DNA from: an uncultured virus (IMG/VR IMGVR_UViG_3300037313_000338)
Lineage: Duplodnaviria > Heunggongvirae > Uroviricota > Caudoviricetes
Strand: one strand, 5' to 3'
IMG/VR virus record: IMGVR_UViG_3300037313_000338
DNA: 20,000 bases
Positions 16,356 to 20,000 of the stretch are shown here, in pieces (positions within the stretch are counted from its first letter, which is position 1; each line of letters starts with the position of its first letter). A program made the translations under genes and the position numbers. The notes beneath the pieces were generated by a model that saw only the letters and a program-made list of their open reading frames with translations, was not told the DNA's origin and made no database searches.

Positions 16356-18023
16356 ATGGCTCAACGCGTACGCACGTTGATAAAAGGCAAGCTGTACTTG
16401 AGGCAGCGCGATTTGGAAAAGGTAGTCGCCAATACGGACGATATCATCCGCGCGTATCGGGTACGAGCTTTTAATGAAATGAGTTGCCGTAGTTGTCCGC
16501 ATTTGGATGAGCGATTCTCACGTGAGCATTGCGGACCTTGCGAACACTACAATGGCAAGATTGAACTAGCGGAACGCTTGAGGATCGACGGTAATAAGTA
16601 CATTTCGCTTCCGCTAGGCGCACAGCGCAGCATCGAACGTAAGCTGGATATTAAGCTTAAGGTACCAGAAGGATTCGACCTACGTAAGTATCCGGCGATG
16701 GCTAAGCGCTACAAGCTTACTATCGATCTATATGATGGCACTCCCGCACCCGACGGTACTACCCGCATCAACCAAGAAAAAGCGGTTGAGGATTGGCTAG
16801 CTGGCGGCGGCATTGGAGTTATTAGAGCGGGAGCCCGTTCAGGTAAGACGGTGTTGGCCGTAGCTATATCCGTGAAGCTTCGCCTTAAGACCTTAGTAGT
16901 GACCGATAGCACGGATTTGCTAGATCAGTTTTGGGACACCTATTGCGGTGATGGAGTTTCGCGCATTTGCGCTACCAACATGCCCGCCGAGCGTGTTATC
17001 AAGATTAATAAAATGGAGGATTTCCTAAAGCCTCACGACGTAGCCCTGATCAACTATCAGAAGCTCATTCGTGAAACGGCAGACGCACGGATCGAAGCGT
17101 TCATTCGTGGAAAATACGGCCTGTTAGTAGGCGACGAAGTACACATGGCGGCGGCGCAAGCCTACGCCTCGTTCCTCCTGAAGTTAGACGTACCTTTCCG
17201 GTTAGGCCTATCGGCTACGCCGAAGCGCAAAGACGGTCGCTACCATGTAGCCGAAGCTGTGTACGGCCCGGTTATTGTTAGCCTCAATAAGGTCGGTCTC
17301 AAACCACTGGTCAAGATTCACCGCACTGGACGATTTGCCGGACGTTCTCAACGGGCGTGGCACATGATTAGTGCGATGATCGTTGAAGACAAAGTGCGCA
17401 ACAAGCAGATAGTAGACCAAGCGTTTGCGGCTATCGACCGAGGACACAAAGCAGCACTCATTGCGTTAGACCAGACGGAGCACATCGACAACATCACAGA
17501 AATGCTGAACGACCGTGCGTACGAAGAGCATCGTAAGAACCGAAACCTGCCTGAAATAACTGCGATGAAAATCGACGGACGTACAGTTGGTAAGGCGCGC
17601 AAAGCCAAGTTCGACGAATTTGATGCTGAAGGCGCGCCGTATAAATTCCTTGTGGCACAACGCAAAATCGTCAAACAGGGTATCGACCTGAAGCGACCGT
17701 CCTGCGTTATTATGCCTATTCCCATGTCCGCTAAGCCCGGCGAAGGCGCACCGTTATTCGAGCAATTGAGTTGGCGCGGTTCTACGCCGTACCACGGTAA
17801 GTGCCAACCGGAAGCAATCGTGTTTGCGGATGATTCCGGTGTGCTTGAGGGAATTATTAACGGCCTGTTGCGTTGGGAAGTCATGAAGAATGACGTGGCA
17901 CAAGTTGGTGATAAGCGTGGCATCTATCACGTTGACGATAGCTGCTACAAGTTCATGGAAACCTCAGGCAAATCAACCAACGTCTCCTACGGTAAAGTCG
18001 GAGGCGTAGTTATTAGGAGATAA
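16356..18023 (+). CDS. Superfamily 2 DNA helicase (UvsW/XPB-like) with an N-terminal C4 Zn finger
   Basis: Q motif NQ, motif I AGARSGKT, motif II DEVH, motif III SAT, motif V QGIDL, and CxxC-x11-CxxC at residues 44-62. Confidence 0.9.
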   Translation: MAQRVRTLIKGKLYLRQRDLEKVVANTDDIIRAYRVRAFNEMSCRSCPHLDERFSREHCGPCEHYNGKIELAERLRIDGNKYISLPLGAQRSIERKLDIKLKVPEGFDLRKYPAMAKRYKLTIDLYDGTPAPDGTTRINQEKAVEDWLAGGGIGVIRAGARSGKTVLAVAISVKLRLKTLVVTDSTDLLDQFWDTYCGDGVSRICATNMPAERVIKINKMEDFLKPHDVALINYQKLIRETADARIEAFIRGKYGLLVGDEVHMAAAQAYASFLLKLDVPFRLGLSATPKRKDGRYHVAEAVYGPVIVSLNKVGLKPLVKIHRTGRFAGRSQRAWHMISAMIVEDKVRNKQIVDQAFAAIDRGHKAALIALDQTEHIDNITEMLNDRAYEEHRKNRNLPEITAMKIDGRTVGKARKAKFDEFDAEGAPYKFLVAQRKIVKQGIDLKRPSCVIMPIPMSAKPGEGAPLFEQLSWRGSTPYHGKCQPEAIVFADDSGVLEGIINGLLRWEVMKNDVAQVGDKRGIYHVDDSCYKFMETSGKSTNVSYGKVGGVVIRR

Positions 18024-18025
18024 AT

Positions 18026-18649
18026 ATGTCCAAACGCATAACCGTTACCGCTCGCGACGATGACGAAGCGAAAGTTATTAAAGAACTTGTGGCTCAATTA
18101 CGGGAGAACCCGCGAAGTGAATACCAAGGTCGGTTCTACTACAAGTTGGAACCCACTCTAGTATTCATGTCAACGGCACCAGTGTGGCCTAGTTGTCCTA
18201 GGGATCAAGTAATCGCACACGCCAAAGCCGTTTCTGAGGATAAAGCGACAGAATCACCACTAGTAGAGCGTTCTCAGTACCAATTAGTAAAAGATGGTTG
18301 GGAGAACGAACGCAAACGCACGCGTGACCTGAGTTTGCAACTCAGCAAACTAACGTTCGGTCGTATCTACTTACTACCGGGCGCTGAACTGGAAGAAGGA
18401 CTACAAGCCCTATTCGCGGCTCAGCCACAACTACTAAAGCAAGACCGCCGTGGTAAGTACATCGATCTTACGCCTAGCGAATTCCGTCCGCCTTGGGACA
18501 AAGGTTTCGACGTTGTAAGTTTTATTAACAACGTGACGCTTACCAACGCTGAAAAGCTGAAGTCCACACGCAAGCTGTTCGTTATGGCTTTCGCCTCTCT
18601 GTGGAAGCGCCTACGTACACTAGGGGTCTCCGATGGCCTCGGAGACTGA
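18026..18649 (+). CDS. Hypothetical protein (207 aa)
   Basis: RBS AGGAG, intact ORF. Confidence 0.75.
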   Translation: MSKRITVTARDDDEAKVIKELVAQLRENPRSEYQGRFYYKLEPTLVFMSTAPVWPSCPRDQVIAHAKAVSEDKATESPLVERSQYQLVKDGWENERKRTRDLSLQLSKLTFGRIYLLPGAELEEGLQALFAAQPQLLKQDRRGKYIDLTPSEFRPPWDKGFDVVSFINNVTLTNAEKLKSTRKLFVMAFASLWKRLRTLGVSDGLGD

Positions 18650-18791
18650 AGTAGAAGCATTAATAGACAGATTCGAAAAGGCCGTTGTTCGGCACGAGAA
18701 ATGTCGAAACCAACGTCGTAATAACTCAGATTCTGATCGCGAATACGACGCGGCTAAACTTGCACTTAGGAAAGCATTGCGACGATCATGA
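18633..18791 (+). CDS. Small helical hypothetical protein (52 aa), absent from the ORF track
   Basis: Translated by hand as MASETEVEALIDRFEKAVVRHEKC...AKLALRKALRRS. RBS AGGGG, ATGA overlap with the gene at 18788. Confidence 0.65.
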   Translation: MASETEVEALIDRFEKAVVRHEKCRNQRRNNSDSDREYDAAKLALRKALRRS

Positions 18792-19066
18792 GTTACAGAC
18801 CAGAATGTCCACCCTGTCCGTGCTATCTGTCTTACAGGCAACAGCAATTTCTCAACGCTTTGGAAAAGTTGCCGCGAGAGCGTTATTACAAACGACGCGT
18901 ATTTGGCTGGGGACGTTTAGGCGGAACTGGCATTTACGAATTGGTGGTTACTGGGCATTTGGTCACCGGTTATTGTTGGGCTACTGATAGACCATTTGTG
19001 ACGTTCTCTGATCAAGCGAGACGCGAGCTTATCCGTCGTAGGTTGCAGGACGTATTCTCAACCTAA
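18788..19066 (+). CDS. Hypothetical protein
   Basis: ATGA coupling, N-terminal CPPCPC. Confidence 0.55.
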   Translation: MSYRPECPPCPCYLSYRQQQFLNALEKLPRERYYKRRVFGWGRLGGTGIYELVVTGHLVTGYCWATDRPFVTFSDQARRELIRRRLQDVFST

Positions 19067-19083
19067 TTTACAGAAGACCATGT

Positions 19084-19119
19084 GGAGCCCGGAGTCTGAA
19101 AGGACTACCGGGCTTCTGT
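19084..19119 (+). other. Stem-loop with a GAAA tetraloop upstream of dnaB (terminator or leader)
   Basis: GGAGCCCGG-AGTC-tGAAAg-GACT-a-CCGGGCTTC with only a weak U-tract. Confidence 0.55.
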
Positions 19120-19154
19120 GACGTTAAGGCTGATTTTCGTTAGTAAGGGTAACA

Positions 19155-20000
19155 ATGCAGGCTTCTAAATATGAGCTTGAGCTAATAGCGATTCGTACGC
19201 TTTGCGCGGGCAAAGACGCGGGCCTAGCTCTACTCAACCAAGTTACTCCTGCCCACTTCTTTAATCCGACCACCTCTTTGATGTATCGCCGCCTGATGGC
19301 GCGTCTCAAGAATGAGGGACATTCGCCGGGTTGGAACGATCTGCTTAATGATCCGACCATTCCGGAAGAGAAGCGGCAGAACGCACAACGCATTGTTAAA
19401 AAGAAGAACCTGAAACCTTTCACGTCGAAACGGAAGGGCGAGGCGCTGTTCGTCAGTCTCGACAACATGCGCAAGCTGCGGGCCTTCTACGAGACACTTA
19501 ATAAGGCAGGCAACAGCCTGAGCCAACCGGCTTTCGACATTGACGAACTTATTAATCAAACGCGCCGGGATTTGATCGCTATCGACGTCAATCACCGTGG
19601 CGCACCTGTCACGGTTGACGGTGTTATGGATACACACGTCGTCGAGGCGATGACCAATGCCGAAAGTCTGATCCCCACCGGCTTTACTGAATTCGACGAA
19701 CGCACTGGCGGCATCCCTGAAAGCGCCGTGTTCCTGATGGGGGCAGATACTGGCGGCTTTAAGTCAGTAACTTCGCTGCAAATGGCCGCGAACATTGCCA
19801 AGGGCAAGAAACCCGCTGGCCCTGGTCTGCCTAGTAATCAACGTCGCGTTGGGTTCTACTCGTTGGAAATGACCCTATCGCAAGTGACGCGACGGCAGAC
19901 CGCCAACATTACTAATACCGACGTCAATTCCGAAATGATGCTCTTCGCGGAAATGCGCCGTAAGGCCAAATCCCTGAAGGAATTGGAAGAGATTAATAAG
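19155..20000 (+). CDS. dnaB: DnaB-like replicative helicase (3'-truncated, absent from the ORF track)
   Basis: Translated by hand from ATG 19155 (RBS AAGGG) as MQASKYELELIAIR...HFF...IPTGFTEFDERTGG...GADTGGFKS (Walker A)...FYSLEM. Open to the window end. Confidence 0.9.
   Translation, partial: MQASKYELELIAIRTLCAGKDAGLALLNQVTPAHFFNPTTSLMYRRLMARLKNEGHSPGWNDLLNDPTIPEEKRQNAQRIVKKKNLKPFTSKRKGEALFVSLDNMRKLRAFYETLNKAGNSLSQPAFDIDELINQTRRDLIAIDVNHRGAPVTVDGVMDTHVVEAMTNAESLIPTGFTEFDERTGGIPESAVFLMGADTGGFKSVTSLQMAANIAKGKKPAGPGLPSNQRRVGFYSLEMTLSQVTRRQTANITNTDVNSEMMLFAEMRRKAKSLKELEEINK

Noticed and set aside
17348..19807. Longer minus-strand ORFs (17348-17923, 19124-19474, 19230-19637, 19592-19807)
   Set aside because: They are antisense to well-supported helicase genes and have no motifs.

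Overview
Gene-dense window (about 50% GC) with all supported genes on the + strand. It is the DNA replication/recombination module of a large tailed phage. An EcfG-like sigma factor suggests an alphaproteobacterial host (inference). Gene order: gp32-like SSB (5'-truncated), RecA/UvsX, a poly-Asp/Lys-rich protein, a small helical-hairpin protein resembling Acb2/Tad1 signal sponges, a family A DNA polymerase split into two genes (3390-5738 and 6721-7605) around a ~1 kb cassette of three small ORFs, an HD phosphohydrolase, a beta-clamp-like protein, a sulfotransferase-like protein, a UvsY-like protein, a MazG-like pyrophosphatase, the sigma factor, a ParB-like protein, an SF2 helicase and a DnaB helicase (3'-truncated). 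The most striking signal is the split PolA. Motifs A and B are in one gene and motif C is in the other, no intein, intron or homing endonuclease is recognisable, both cut ends carry coiled-coil-like extensions, and a degenerate direct repeat flanks the insert in frame-restoring register. A conserved intergenic element occurs twice (20/24 nt identical core). All product calls come from reading motifs by eye; no database search was run.
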